Shown: positions 26,581-42,003 of the stretch, piece after piece
How positions within the stretch are numbered: the stretch's first letter is position 1
How the letters are laid out: the number at the start of each line of letters is the position of its first letter
NCBI GenBank assembly: GCA_951406725.2
Contig: OX597827.1
Location: 46,872,001-46,936,000 of the forward strand
From: Octopus vulgaris
Taxonomy: Eukaryota
Reading direction: 5' to 3'
DNA length: 64,000 nucleotides
Notes under the pieces: model-generated
Told to the model about the DNA's origin: nothing
Databases searched by the model: none
What the model saw: the letters and a program-made list of their open reading frames with translations, nothing else
Made by a program: the position numbers and the translations under genes

Positions 26581-28325
26581 TGTATGTACGTATGTATGCA
26601 TGTATGTATCAGTATGGAACGTGCAGAAGTGCGTCGAATTAAAGGATGTACAGCATAGCATTTCGATCCTCTCTCCATTTTATCTTCATAACTCAGCCAG
26701 ATAAGCTTTGCTTTTCATCCATTATATCCACTCCCATTCTATCCACTCCCATTCTATCCCCCATCCATCCATCCATCCATCCATCTCTCCCTCCCTCCAT
26801 CCATCCATCCACTCATCCATCCATCCTCTCATCCATCCATCCATCCATCCATCCATCCATCCATCCATCCATTCATGTCTCCATTCAGTCATTCGTCCAG
26901 CCACATTCAATAATGTACTAGACAGCTATTGGAATCAATTGAATCGACCAGAGACAGCCTCTCTAAAATTTGTGGTCTTTTGTCAGTGTGAGAAATTATT
27001 TTATTATGATTGTCATTAACAAAATCCATTTTCAATGGTTTTTGCTTCAATGCTCGTAAAATAAACAGCAGCAAAAATGTCCCAATCCCTCTTCTTTAAT
27101 GCCCTGACCGCTTAGAAAGGTTCAGTGAAGTGTAAAGGATTTACAGTAATTGCATTAAGTCTCTTAAGTGATTATACAAAATAGTCGCCCAAAAATGGTG
27201 GATTTTATTGGTGTAGAGACACAACAGATAAAAATTAAAACGTCGATTCACTTAAAGATAGAGTACGGCTCATAAAATTTATCAATTAGTTTTCTTAATT
27301 AATGAATTAGTTAGTTCAAAAGATGACACATGTGAAGTTCTGAAGGAGGATATGATAATAAAAAATAAAGTTAATCCTGGAGAGGATTCCAATTTAGGAG
27401 ATGGAGGGGCCAACAAGGAATACTAATGAAGCGTTTCCATAATTGCTGTTTGACTATGTCTAAATGTGAATTAACACCGAGGCAGTGCAGAAATAGGGAC
27501 AGAGGATGTTTATGCTTTTTATCAAAGCTATTACTGACATAAAATCGAATGATTTCAAAGGAGATCGAAACAGCGTCGTTGTCTCACCTCACTTCACTAT
27601 AAACTTGAACCTTGCTCCAACACAACTACTAAATTATTCTCGTTAGTTAAATATTTGCGTTTCGACGGACCAGAGCCCCCGTGACGTTCGAATCTGGCAG
27701 AACTTATTAAGAATGAATATATATGCCAGTGTTCTGATTCTCGTGGCTCACTGTGCACACGATGATTTATTATCAGCAGGCACCAGGAAATAATTTGTTT
27801 TCTGAATTTATAAACAAGAGCCAAAAATTCTTGTTAATTCATTAGCTTGTTACAGCTTTGGCTGAGGTGACGTAACAAGGTAGAAACACCAAGTACCTCA
27901 GTCCTTTTACTCCAATGAATCGAGAATGTGTAGAAAGCATTCAGCTGAAAGGAGGTGTTCTCCAATGAAGGAATACGACAGTGTTCGACTCTTCCGAAAC
28001 GTATTAAGACTGAATATTAATGTCATCGTAGAGCTTTCGGTATTATCCCTGAAAGTATGATGGATATACGTGGAGCTGATGTCATTATAATCCATGGGCG
28101 CTTATATAGCAGCGGTAGAGACAGGCAATAACTACAACATCGAACAAGCTCACATTGGATCAAATACTGTACGTGAGTCCAAAGAAGATATGACGGCGAT
28201 GCTCTGACATGGCCAGACTCGGATGGATAAAGCAAGTAAAATAATAGAATAACAAAATAAATGATCATGTAAATAATTACGATAGTCCAGAGAAGAAATA
28301 TATGTATAATAATTAGCTTTGAAGT

Positions 28326-28662
28326 GAAGGCACATGGCTCAGTGGTTAGAACGTCGAGCTTACAATCGTGAGGTTGTGAGCTCGAATCCCGGACCGGGCT
28401 ACGTGTTGTGTTCTTGAGCAAGACACTTTATTTCACGTTGCTCCAGTTCACTCAGCTGTAGAAATGAGTTGCGACGTCACTGGTGCCAAGCTGTATCAGC
28501 CTTTGCCTTTCCTTTGGATAACACTAGTGGCGTGGAGTGGGGAGGGGGGCTGATGTACATGGGTGACTGCTGGTCTTCCATGAACAACCTTTCTTGGACT
28601 TGTGCCTGGGAGGGTAACTTTCTACGTGCAGTCCCATGGTCAGTGTCGTGACCGAAGGGGTT
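28326..28662 (+). mobile_element. tRNA-SINE family D
   Basis: tggctcagtggttaga (A box), gagctcgaatccc (B box), gtgttcttgagcaagacacttta core; relative at 54402. Confidence 0.85.
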
Positions 28663-28979
28663 CTCAGAATTAGCTTTGATTAGATACAATTCGAATGTAC
28701 CTTGTCAGAATAGCTTCTCATTTGCAACAGAACATTTTGCATATTCCGTGGAGTGTGAGGAGGTTTTCTTGTTTCTTGAGGCTCTTTTGTTGGCTAATGT
28801 ATGCGGGATTTTAGCTCGAAATATATTGTTTTATTAAATTATGTTAATGGGATATGGAGAAAAGAATAATCGATGGAACATAAAGAAGGAACGCAATAGG
28901 AAATGTAGCAAGAGAAAAAGGGTGAAGATGAAGAGAGTGAGTGAGAGAGAGAAAGACAGAAAAGGAAAGAGAGTGGAGC

Positions 28980-29099
28980 AAATATATATTTGAGTCATTA
29001 TGTCAGAAGAATGTTATACATTTTTTTCATACAATGACATAGTTTTTGAAGAAAAAAATGTATAACATTCTTCTGACATAATGACTCAAATATATATTT
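28980..29099. repeat. Perfect 49-bp inverted repeat with 22-bp spacer
   Basis: 28980-29028 is the reverse complement of 29051-29099. Confidence 0.95.
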
Positions 29100-29191
29100 T
29101 TTAACCTTTTAAAACAAGCCTTCTGTAGTTTTTTCACTTTTTACTATTTTCTATATATTCAAACACGTGCTTTCACACACCAACTTTCTCA

Positions 29192-29248
<57 letters not shown>

Positions 29249-29269
29249 ATACATATATATACGTCCAGA

Positions 29270-29605
29270 CCACCAGCCCTCTTTCACACGCACATACATA
29301 CTCTCTTATACACACACGCACCTTTGTGTTGGGGGCACCTTCATATTGGAACTCACTTGACCCTGTTATCTCCCCGACTGTCCCTCTCGCGTCTGACCAC
29401 TGTCCAAAGTCAGGACGCCATGATAGATCGTTAGCTCCTACACGCATTTTTTTCTCTCCTTGTTTTTTTTTCTGTGTATCTTTCTGTCGAAGAGCGCAGG
29501 CTCGAAACGTAAAAGACTTTTTCTATTCCTGAGCGCTATACTAATACATTTGTTTGTTTGTACTCCACCTGCCTTCGTCTTTTGTTTATTTTAGTAAACT
29601 TTCCC
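29270..29605 (+). mobile_element. Penelope-like pseudo-LTR fragment with hammerhead-like motif at 29479-29516
   Basis: tcttt-CTGTCGAA-gagc-gcag-gctc-GAAA-cgta-aaaga; downstream sequence shared with 47250-47340, 61765-61850 and, inverted, 54080-54135. Confidence 0.65.
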
Positions 29606-29607
29606 TT

Positions 29608-29687
<80 letters not shown>

Positions 29688-30129
29688 CAGTTATACAAAT
29701 TGTTCGATAAAGAGAAGAGTAAAAGAAATCGAGCGAAAGAGGGAAGGAGAGATTGAAAAACTGCGAAAAAAGCATTAGTGTATAATAGAGAGAAAGACAT
29801 TGGAAAGACATTGGAAAGAAGGAAGAGAAAGAATAGGGGATAAAATGAGAGAGTAATAGAAAGTGAGAGAAAGAGAGTGATAGGTAGATCGATAGATAGA
29901 CAGCTAGATAAACAGAGAGAGTGAGACAGAGAGGAGGAGGAGAGAGACTAGAAGTGAGTGAGAGTGTTTCAGGTGAGGTACGTTAGGAAAGAAATCGGGG
30001 AAGGGAATCAGGGAATGAGTTAAGGCGAAATTTTCTGAAGACAAGGGACTAACAATGTTAGTTCTGCGGGCGAAGATGAAGTACAAGAAGTTTCGGTTAA
30101 GTTCAAATCTCTAAAGATAAGAAATGGGA

Positions 30130-30160
<31 letters not shown>

Positions 30161-30257
30161 ATCAATTATAAAGATCATGTTTGCACGATACGTACTCATT
30201 TCATACACGCGCACGCATGTGAATGTCTGCTTCAATGTGTGTAGGTGTGTGTGTAGG

Positions 30258-30536
<279 letters not shown>

Positions 30537-30629
30537 GGTATGTAGAAAAATACAACATGGACAAGAACGTATAACTCTTAGAAGACGATACAATAAACAC
30601 GGACAGGACATTCGAAACCCTCAGTCTTC

Positions 30630-30692
<63 letters not shown>

Positions 30693-30772
30693 ATGTACAT
30701 ATATATTTATATATATGAGAATAAACGAGGCAAACAGAAAGTGAGAAATGGTAGAGAAACACAAAGAGATAG

Positions 30773-30848
<76 letters not shown>

Positions 30849-30948
30849 GTTGAGCAATAGCTTGCGCGTACACAAATGCAGTCATAGGGACACACCCATG
30901 TCTGTATGTGGGTTTACGATCACGTACGTGTGTCTGTTAGTGCCTGGG

Positions 30949-30994
<46 letters not shown>

Positions 30995-31142
30995 TGTGCA
31001 ACTGTATAGGAAGATACTCGTATGTGTATACACGTGTATGTATACGCTTATTCGCATGCATATACATATATATAAAGATATGAGATTGCGTGTGTGTATG
31101 CATGTGTATATTAATGTATGTATTTATATATATATGTATATG

Positions 31143-31192
<50 letters not shown>

Positions 31193-31363
31193 CGCACGCT
31201 TACACATATATCCACACACACGAACTCATTATATTCATATATAAATATACATAGATATGTATTTACATATACACATACATGCATACATACATACATGTAT
31301 ATATGTATACATATACAGCCATATGAATATATAATTGCGCACACGCACTCATACAAACACACA

Positions 31364-31401
<38 letters not shown>

Positions 31402-31516
31402 TCCGTGCGCATACACATGTATATCCACTCACACGAACTCATTATATTCATATATACACACGTATATACTTACATATGTATTTACATACACATATATGTA
31501 TACATATACATGTACA

Positions 31517-31582
<66 letters not shown>

Positions 31583-31638
31583 CATACATATATACATATA
31601 CATATATATATTTATATATATGCATATACACACACTCA

Positions 31639-31770
<132 letters not shown>

Positions 31771-32301
31771 TATATACATATATATAATTTTTTTTTTCTC
31801 TATTTTTCTTTACATCCAATAGCCGAGAGCTAGATAGGTAGGAGAGAATATAAAAAAAAGTATAAAGAAATGAAATTACAATAAACATAAAACGAGAAGC
31901 TAGAAAAAGACAAAAAAAAACCCCACAGTAATTTTAAAGACAGCATTGAATGCTGTGTACTAAAAACATTATCAGCTAACGTAAATGTATTGCTGGGATT
32001 AGTTAAGAAAAAGAAAATTCAAAGTAGATGAATGTGGAAATCAGTGTATTTTAGTAAGGTGATCACGTGGTTAATGGTAGTGACAAGTACAATGGTGGAA
32101 GGGGAGTGTCTTTGTTTTTATATCATACGCACTCTCTTGTTCAATGCTTTCCACGGACTAGCGTCCATTTATTCATTTGTTCGACCACCAAGCTCTCTAT
32201 TCATCAGGGCAGCAATGAGTTTTTTCTGTCTGTCTGTCTGTCTGTCTGTCTATCGATCTATCTATCTGTTTGTCTATCTATCTGTTTGTCTATCTATCTG
32301 T

Positions 32302-32359
<58 letters not shown>

Positions 32360-32899
32360 CATCCATTTACGATCTCTCTTTCTATTTGTGTATATATCTA
32401 AGTATCTATCTATATATGTACATACTCATGTATTTATGTGTCTATCCAGCCATCTATATATTCATTTACTCAGCTCTTATACTTTACGATAATCCACTAC
32501 CACCAGTTCATATAGACACACATCTTCTCTTTCCATCTATATGTTCAACCCTGCATATGTATATGTGTGTGTTTGTATGTTTGCGATCTCCTGTATGAGT
32601 ATCTGTATGCGTATAAGTGTACTAAAGGCGTTGCCCTTGTATAGCCGTAGGTGCAATGTATGAATCAATTATAAGAATACTGAAAAACGCAACTATATAA
32701 GTTTCATAAACGATTCTAAATGACAATTTTATACTCTACTTGATTTAAATGAGAAAATGGCTGCTATTACTTTAATTGTCGTTGTATTTCTAAGGGAATT
32801 ACCAACTACACACACGCACACACACACGGATACGCACACCTACGCGTACGTATCATCCCCGCCTACACAGATACACAAAGCGTATATATGAATGTATGC

Positions 32900-32971
<72 letters not shown>

Positions 32972-32979
<8 letters not shown>

Positions 32980-33149
32980 TTATCAAATCTTTTCATTGTC
33001 TGTATATAGATAGATAGATAGATAGATAGATACATACATACATACATACACACATACATACATACATACATACATAGATGAGTGTCTGTGTGTATGTGTG
33101 TGTATTTCTATACAAGCGCATATATATATATATACACATATATATATTC

Positions 33150-33229
<80 letters not shown>

Positions 33230-33439
33230 GAATATATATATATATGTATATATATATATATGAATATATATATGTGTATATATATATATATGCGCTTGTA
33301 TAGAAATACACACACATACACACAGACACTCATCTATGTATGTATGTATGTATGTATGTGTGTATGTATGTATGTATGTATGTATCTATCTATCTATCTA
33401 TCTATATACAGACAATGAAAAGATTTGATAAAAAATTAT
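32972..33439. repeat. ~470-bp near-perfect palindrome centred on (TA)n
   Basis: ataattttttatcaaatcttttcattgtctgta... mirrors ...tacagacaatgaaaagatttgataaaaaattat; arms differ essentially in microsatellite length. Confidence 0.92.
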
Positions 33440-33551
33440 CCACATTTTGAATTGTAGAAAAAGAAAGAATACGCAGATAAATTATGTGTCGAATAATGCA
33501 TGTATATAATACATATATGAATATATGTATATATGTATATATGTATATATG

Positions 33552-33586
<35 letters not shown>

Positions 33587-33611
33587 TTATATATACAGAT
33601 TTATATATATA

Positions 33612-34235
33612 CTAGCAGTATTGCCCGGCTGAACGGGGATTTCAGGGGAGACTTTCAGGGAGTCGCTGGCGGTGTATCGTGATGATCAAAAATCCGGCCT
33701 GCTAAAATTTGGTTAAAGTGATTCAAACTTCAGACTCAACGCAAAATGGTCACATTTAATTCAAAGCGTTAAAAATGTTATGAAAACAATCAGTATGTGT
33801 TCACAAAGTCCAAACGATTAATACGAAAAAATCCTCCAGGCTACATCCCGAAAATTCATTTCTTTGCCGAATTTCTACAATGTTTACGGCGATTCATTTT
33901 TATATCTTGATTTTTTATTTTTCATGCAATTTACGCATGCTTGCACGCGTGGTGAACACAGTTCACGTCAAACAGCTGACTGAGTAAAGTTCACTATTTA
34001 ATGCATAGGATAAGGCCTAAACAAACACATTATCGATTTTTGCACTTGCGAGATGAATTTCGGAACAGAAATAGCGCAGTTCAATTTTCATTCGCCTAAA
34101 CTTTTAGTGACCCACTTTTGGTGGTTCTACGATTTGTTGGCTAGGAGGAGATGTGTCGGGAAGTTAAACACACAGACACACACACAGATATACACAAAGA
34201 CACAACAAGTTGAGTTTTATATATATATATATATA
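33612..34235 (-). mobile_element. Non-autonomous Helitron (second family)
   Basis: a|ctagcagtattgcccggctgaacggg gives a 3' CTAG plus hairpin on the minus strand; the other end acagacacacac...ttttatatatat resembles the 3450 element. Confidence 0.7.
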
Positions 34236-34340
34236 TTGGTAAAAACGGTAAGATAACAAAAGAAAGAAAGAAATCTCAATATTATGTAAATAGAGGAAAT
34301 TTATCTGTAAATTAATATGCTACCATTATTCAATAGTCAA

Positions 34341-34401
34341 GATAAAACTCTGAGTTTCAGATGCCGAAGTGGAAATCCACAACACCATCTCTTCGGTTAT
34401 C
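34341..34401 (-). ncRNA. Degenerate type I hammerhead-like motif
   Basis: Minus strand gataa-CCGAAGA-gatg...catct-GAAA-ctcagag-tt-ttatc; stems I and III are intact but core U4 is changed to C. Confidence 0.45.
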
Positions 34402-34989
34402 TGGCCATCTGAAAAACGCTATGAAAAAATACCGTTATATAAAGGGAAATTACTGTGTTATAATTCCGCTACTTATATAAATTAAGATTAAATGTTCATA
34501 GTAAACACGTAAACATGGCTACTCATACGCTCACATGTGCGCTCGCGGACCCACGTGCGTACTAATACGTCACTATGAAAACGTACACATCTTCACTCGC
34601 ATTTTTCGCCAAATGTATACGCATATATATACAAACTCATACACATACACACGTACCGTAAAAGTTCATACGTACGTCTATATACGCACAAGCACAAGAA
34701 AAAACATGGTTAAAGGTAACAATACAGAAAAAAACAATACAGAAAAAAACAATACAGAAAAAAACATAAGGAAGTATACAAAGCATAAAAACCACGTTCA
34801 TATACGGACATGCCCTTATGCACTCATACACACACACGCCCATATATGTCCATACCAGCACATATTTATATACGTATACACACACACGCATACACAAAAA
34901 AGGAATATACATCCTTTATGCATTATATATAATATAATATAATATAATATAATATAATATAATATAATATAATATATATATATATATCA

Positions 34990-36266
34990 TTAGGCTGTCA
35001 AGAAAGTTCTTGCGGTTTTTTACTTTTAAATTCAGATTCACATATCTCGGCTTATACAAAACTTTATTAATCGAAATAAACACCATCAGAATCAGCACAC
35101 TTTTACCAACGCGAAACACATTTATTTATTCCAGGAGCGTAATAATCCTGCGTTCTGGTGGCAATAAAGTCATTGAAGTCGTATTTGGCATTGTCTTGGT
35201 TTTTGAAGCAGTTCTCATGCCGGAAGTTGTCGAGATGCTTGAAAAAGTGGTAGTCAGTAGGCGAGAGGTCTGGTAAGTATGACGGATGAGGCAGAATTTC
35301 GTAGCCCAATTCGTTCAACTTCAGCAGGGTCAGTTGTGCGACGTACGACCAAGCGTTGTTGTGGAGAAGAATTGGACCTTTTAGATTGACCAATGCTGGC
35401 TGTTGTCGGAGTTTCTTATGTATTTCATCCATTTGCTGACTACTTCTCCGCCGTAATGGTTTCGCATGGATCCAAAAAGTTGTGATGGATAAGACATGGC
35501 GCAGACCACCAAACAGTCACCATGACCTTCATTTGGTACAACTTTGGCTTCGGGAAGTGCCGTGGACTTCGTCGGCGCCCAACCACTGAGCTCAGCGTCG
35601 CCGGTTGTCGTAAAGAATCCACTTTTCATCGTCACAATCCGGTCGAGAAACGGGTGGTTCTTGTTGCGTAAAAGAAGGCAGGACGACACTTCAAAACGGC
35701 GTTTTTTTTGGTTGTCGTTCAATTCGTACAGCACCTATTTCTCAAGTATTTTTGTTTTTCTAATCTCTTTCAAGTGATTGGAAATTGTCGTGTACGTTAC
35801 ATCTAATTCAGAAGCAAGCTCCCGAACAGATGTACGTGGATTGGTTTCCATTAAAGCTCTTAGTTGATCGTAGTCCATATTCGATGGCCGACCACTACGC
35901 TTATCATCTTCAAGTCTCTCGTCACCGCTACAAAATTTCTTGAACCACCATTGTGCTGCATGTTCATTAGTGGTTCCTGGACCAAACCTATCGTTGATAT
36001 CGCGAGCTGTTTCAGCAGCTTATTGGCCTAGCTTGAACTGGAATAAGACAATTGTGCGAATGTGCTTTTTGTCCATGTCGTATTCAACATTCTGGAATGA
36101 ATGGCCTAATTATTCAAAAAGAAAAAGACTAACACGACTAGATAAAGCGAAAACCGGGCATTAAAATGATATATAAAGTCAAAATAATTTAACGAAAATT
36201 AATTTGAAAATACATAATTTAAAAACCAAAATTTAAAATTCCGCAAGAACTTTCTTGACAACCTAA
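34990..36266 (-). mobile_element. Full-length mariner DNA transposon (inactivated)
   Basis: 26-bp TIRs ttaggctgtcaagaaagttcttgcgg / ccgcaagaactttcttgacaacctaa (1 mismatch); TA on the right, CA on the left; 1277 bp. Confidence 0.95.
35067..36076 (-). pseudogene. Mariner DD34D transposase pseudogene
   Basis: MDKKHIRTIVLFQFKLG..LEDDKRSGRP..FLDRIVT(fs)DEKWILYDN..KVMVTVWWS..LLHNNA..PHPSYLPDLSPTDYHFF..DGVYFD*; several stops and frameshifts. Confidence 0.93.
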
Positions 36267-36320
36267 TATTATTATATATAATATTATTATATTAAAGCCC
36301 CGCATCCATTTCCAACTAAG

Positions 36321-36402
<82 letters not shown>

Positions 36403-36708
36403 AGTCTGTCTGTCTGTTTATCTTTCTATCTATCTATATATATGCTCAAAATGAGGAGTAGATAGACAGCCGACAACTGATGAAGGGTCGTTTCTCTGTG
36501 TTTACTTGTCCTGTTTTCCATTTTTTCTCTAGTTATTTACGTATTTAACTCGTTCTCTACGTATTTTCTTGAGAACATTCCTTTCTTAGTGGTAAGACCA
36601 TAGCGTATCTACTTCTAGCCTAATGGATGTCCATGTGTGTATGTGTGTGTGTATATGTATATAATTTATATAAACATCAGGCTGCAATATTTTACTAAAG
36701 AAGAGAAT

Positions 36709-37038
36709 TAAAATTGTCACTAAATGTGACGAAGATATTAAGAAACATTTACTTTGGTAGAAATATGTGCTAAAATGCTCTAATGCTGTACTTAACGCAC
36801 ATGAATGAAAAGATACTTGAATAGTTCGAAAAATAGCGATCCAGAATTCGTAATATTGACATCTATGTTCGCAATTTCCGCAATACGTCAGTATCAAGAA
36901 TTCTCGATCGGCATTTTTCGGACGATTCAGGGCCCTGTTAGTGTATAGGATTCCATTCTACAGCATTTGAATATTTTAGCTCGTATTTTTAGCAGTGTCA
37001 GTGTTTCTTAACCCTAGTCACATTTGGTGACGATTTTA
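36709..37038. mobile_element. Foldback MITE-like element
   Basis: Terminal IR taaaattgtcactaaatgtgac / gtcacatttggtgacgatttta with degenerate internal symmetry; a one-arm relative lies at ~47365-47550. Confidence 0.7.
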
Positions 37039-37055
37039 CATACACACACACACAC

Positions 37056-37141
<86 letters not shown>

Positions 37142-37663
37142 GCATATGCATTTGTACATGTACATATATATCTATGTGTGTAAGTGTGTGTGTGTGTGTG
37201 TACGCGAGTTCAATGTAAGTAATATATATGTATGTTACACAAACGGCCATTTTGATGACGTTAGCTAGTTGAAATCACATTTCAAATAACCATAACTGCA
37301 TATGGCTTCATCTTGATGAAATTCTAAGTTTTCATCTGAACCAGTTCATGAGTGGAGCTCCATTATTAGTTTGTTCAAATTCTCGGAAAAAATTGCTTTT
37401 CTCTCTTCCCCCCACCCCCTACCCCACACATGTGTATGCATTTCACGCAGGTGAATAATTATTGCAATTTACTTATAGTTAATGATTTGGCTCTGTGGTT
37501 AAGAACTTCGTTTTCTTGCCATTTCGTTCCAGATTCAATCCCATTGATTTCTAGACAAAGCAAGCTGACGACTTCAACATGGTAGTAGGGATATAGAAAC
37601 CATGAGAAAAGTCTCTCTCCCTCCCTATCCCCTTTCTTTCTCTCTCTCTTTCTTTCTTTTTTC

Positions 37664-37726
<63 letters not shown>

Positions 37727-38088
37727 CTCTTTCTTTCTCTCTTTCTCTATTTTCCTCTTTCTCTCTTTCTCACTTTTTCTCTCTCTTTCTCTCTGTCTCT
37801 CTCTTTCTTTCTCTCTTTCTTTCTTTCATCCCATCTCTCTCCCCCTCTCTCTCTTTCTCTCTCTCTCTCTTTCTCTTTCTCTCTTTCTCTCACTCTCTCT
37901 CTCTCTCTCTGTATATATATATGTGCCCCCACAGAGACATATATGTGTGTGTATGAGTATGCATGTGTGTGAACATATATGTATACATATATGCATACAC
38001 ACATTTATATATATACACACACACATATATACATATATAAGTATATATATATATACACACACACATATATATATATATATGTATAGAT

Positions 38089-38152
<64 letters not shown>

Positions 38153-38908
38153 GTATATATATGTAAGCATCAAAATTATTGAAACGGTTGCAAGACGAAA
38201 CGAAAAGTTTAGAGAAATAAAAAAGAAAACAGTGGAAATTTTACCGGTGAGTGTGTTGAAGTATAAGGCATCAAAAGAAAATGACTCTCCCCAGACACAA
38301 CAGTATATGTATGTATGTATGTATGTATCTATGTATGTATGCATGTATGTATGTATGTATGTATGTATGTATCTATCTATCTATCTATCTACCTATATAT
38401 ATATGGATGTGTATATATATATATATATATGTATACATATATTTGTATGAAATATGTTAATATATCTTTATAACGTGTATATATACGCATAAGTGTATAT
38501 ATATATATAAATATACACATACATATTTATATCTATGTATATATATATTCGCACACACACACACGCGCGTATATATATTTACTGAAAGACAAAATCATAA
38601 AAGTTCCCCCGATTCCTTAATGAATAATAAAAGAATCCCACAAAACCGAACGAACAGAACCCCGAAACATAGCTATACACAAACGTAAATTCATAAAACG
38701 TACGCTACTCATTATACGCTTCTAACGAAAATTGTTCATGGGATCATATTCAGAATAAAACGTGATATCAGAAACAAAAAATATGAAGAAATGGGAAACT
38801 AAAAAAAAATCAGGCAACAAAACAAAGGAAAAAAACCCCAAAAAACCCCCAATCTTATTCACGAACAGGAATGCAATGTTCATTCTTTTAAGGAGTTGCG
38901 AATATGTT

Positions 38909-38950
<42 letters not shown>

Positions 38951-38980
38951 TATGTATATATATATATATATATATATGTT

Positions 38981-39057
<77 letters not shown>

Positions 39058-39349
39058 GTACGCATGTATATATACAGATGACTAAAGCAATTAAAAACAA
39101 AATAACGTATTCTTTTATTGTCTGTCTATATATACATATATAAATATATATACATATCTTTGAGGAGTTGTATGTTTAAACATAAGTAATATACCTTCAT
39201 TATTCACTATATATAGAAAAACAAAGGCAATTATTTTTGGTGTACCATGCTCTGACAGCTGGCATTGAAGGACGGTGGGAAAGAAACCCACTATATTTAA
39301 CACAGAAAGTATGTACATATATAAATAGTTATGTGTATGTTTTGTATAG

Positions 39350-39403
<54 letters not shown>

Positions 39404-39426
39404 TTCACGTTATTTATTTATGTAAA

Positions 39427-39485
<59 letters not shown>

Positions 39486-39577
39486 TTATATATATATATA
39501 TAGTCATTTATAAATAAGAATACCTAAACGTGTAATAAGATAAAAATTATGCATAGGTATGTAAATGAATCCAATAA

Positions 39578-39701
<124 letters not shown>

Positions 39702-39876
39702 ATATATATATATCTATCTATCTATCTATATATCTATCTATCTATCTATCTATTTGCCTACCTGCCTGCTCGCCAATCTGTTTGTCTGTTTATATATGTA
39801 TGTACATATATAATGTGCATATTGTGTCATTCGGGAATGTGATCTTATGGCATTTTGCATATATGTATGTAGATGA

Positions 39877-39927
<51 letters not shown>

Positions 39928-40129
39928 CATACACACACACCTATATAAATGTTTTTCTTCTTATCCCTCTCCAGATCTATATTCAAATGTCTATGTCTAT
40001 GCATACCTATACGTACATACACACGTACACACAAACGCACTGAAACATATCACAAACACACGCACATGCACAGAGGCACACACAGAGACATATAAGTATG
40101 CATTTACTTACAGACAGAGCGCAAGATAA

Positions 40130-40161
<32 letters not shown>

Positions 40162-41637
40162 GTTTGTATGTATGTATTTAGGCCTACTGACATACATGCA
40201 CATATATGTGTATATATACATATTGCAATTATATGCCTCTAAGTCTCAGTGATATATATAAATAAATGTTTTTATATATTTGTACGTAAATGTATGTGTA
40301 TCTGTGCAACCTTTTTTTCATAATCTCAATATACACACCTATAGATATGTCTTTAGTGATAGGAAAATTATAAAAACATTGGAACACCTGCATAAAAACT
40401 GCACATTTCCACTTCATGTATACATCATTGTTTTTAAAAATATATAATTTACATATGCATCATTTATAAATCGTACATTTTAACATAAGCACACTTCTTA
40501 TGCAGTTTATACCTGAGCTCTAAAAGGAGACTGACGCAGAAATAACGGAATCCAATAGAATATCTTCTACATTGCTGTTGTAGTTACTAGGAATAACAAC
40601 CAAATATTCCTCCAGTCTAGCTATACCTCCATAAATGTAGTCTTACACTCTGGATTACACTGTGCACTGGCAGTTATCCTGCTTTTAGTGACGAAATCAC
40701 GTTGATACCCATTAAGCAGCTGATGAAGGAAATTCCTAGATTGTGTGATACTCAACTTTATAACATAATTATGACTGCAAGCCGTTACTGTCCGAAGATT
40801 TGTCTTCTTTGGTTTTCGTTTTTGTATTTTGGAGCACTTTACTAGCATTACACAGGTTCTTGGCTAATTTCTGACACTAGTTATGCGGTTAGATATGGTT
40901 TTATTTTTATTGAAACATGTTGTAAGTAATTATAGCTAATATGGTAATATCAATGTTATAAGGCAAATATGAAATCTGAGAAAAAGAAAAATGAGTTGAT
41001 GAGGGATGCAAAAGAAAAACGAGTGCTGGAACTGATGTAGTCTGGCATTAAACAACGAGAATAACAAGAACAACGACGACGACGAGGAAAGAAGGATGTA
41101 CTGGAGTTAGAGTAGACTGAACGTTAGAAAATTGTTCAGTGTAAAACAATATTAGGGAAATAGAGAAATTGGAACAGATTTCGAGGGGGAAGTGAAAGGA
41201 ATTTGTATCGAGAAGGGTTGAAATCAAGCCATCGTTGTGCTTCTTCGTCGAGTTCGTTCATAAAAAAAAGAGAAAAAAATATTGATTTTTGTTAAGGTGG
41301 ACATTTTTTCAATGACTAATTTCTCCCATCGGCATAAGATAATATGCATTTCTTTTTTAAATTTGAAGATAAAATTTAGCTTTTTTGTTTCTTTCTACAA
41401 CAGTCAATTTGACGCCGTTTCATAGGAATATTAACAGCCCCAATCTCATTGGTCCCGGAGGGCCTGTTGCCAATTATGAACACCAGCCCATTTATAATGA
41501 CCGATAAATAAATAACTACTATTCGCAAATTTATAACCTTAGGGCAGTTCTGCAATTAGTTCAGCACTTTAAACTATCTAGTGGTATGATCCTATGGCAA
41601 TAACGGTTTCCTGCACGAGACGTGCAGGCTCCATCCG

Positions 41638-42003
41638 TGGCACACCGTCGGTTACGACGACAAGGGTTCTAGTTGATCCGATCAACGGAACAGCCCGCTC
41701 GTGAAATTAACGTGCAAATAGATGAGCACGCCACAGACACGTTTACCCTTAAGATTCAGCATGACACAGAGTGTGACAAGGCTGGCCCTTTGAAATACAG
41801 GTACAACAGAAACAGGAAGAAAGAGTGAGAGAAAGTTGTGGTGAAAGAGTACAGCAGGGTTCGCCACAACCCTGTGTCGGAGCATCGTGGAGCTTTAGGT
41901 GTTTTCGCTGAATAAACACTCACAACGCCCGGTCTAGGAATCGAAACCGCAATCCTACGACCGCGAGTCCGCTGCCCTAACAACTGGGCAATTACGACTC
42001 CAC
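41638..42003 (-). mobile_element. SINE family C
   Basis: Reverse complement of 7967-8334. Confidence 0.9.

Noticed and set aside
27860-28240. Very old RTE RT remnant
   Set aside because: Only scattered residues resemble RT motifs; cannot be supported by eye.
28330-28400. tRNA gene (also the SINE heads at 1801, 7967 and 57879)
   Set aside because: A and B boxes are present but they run into multi-copy SINE bodies without a complete cloverleaf.
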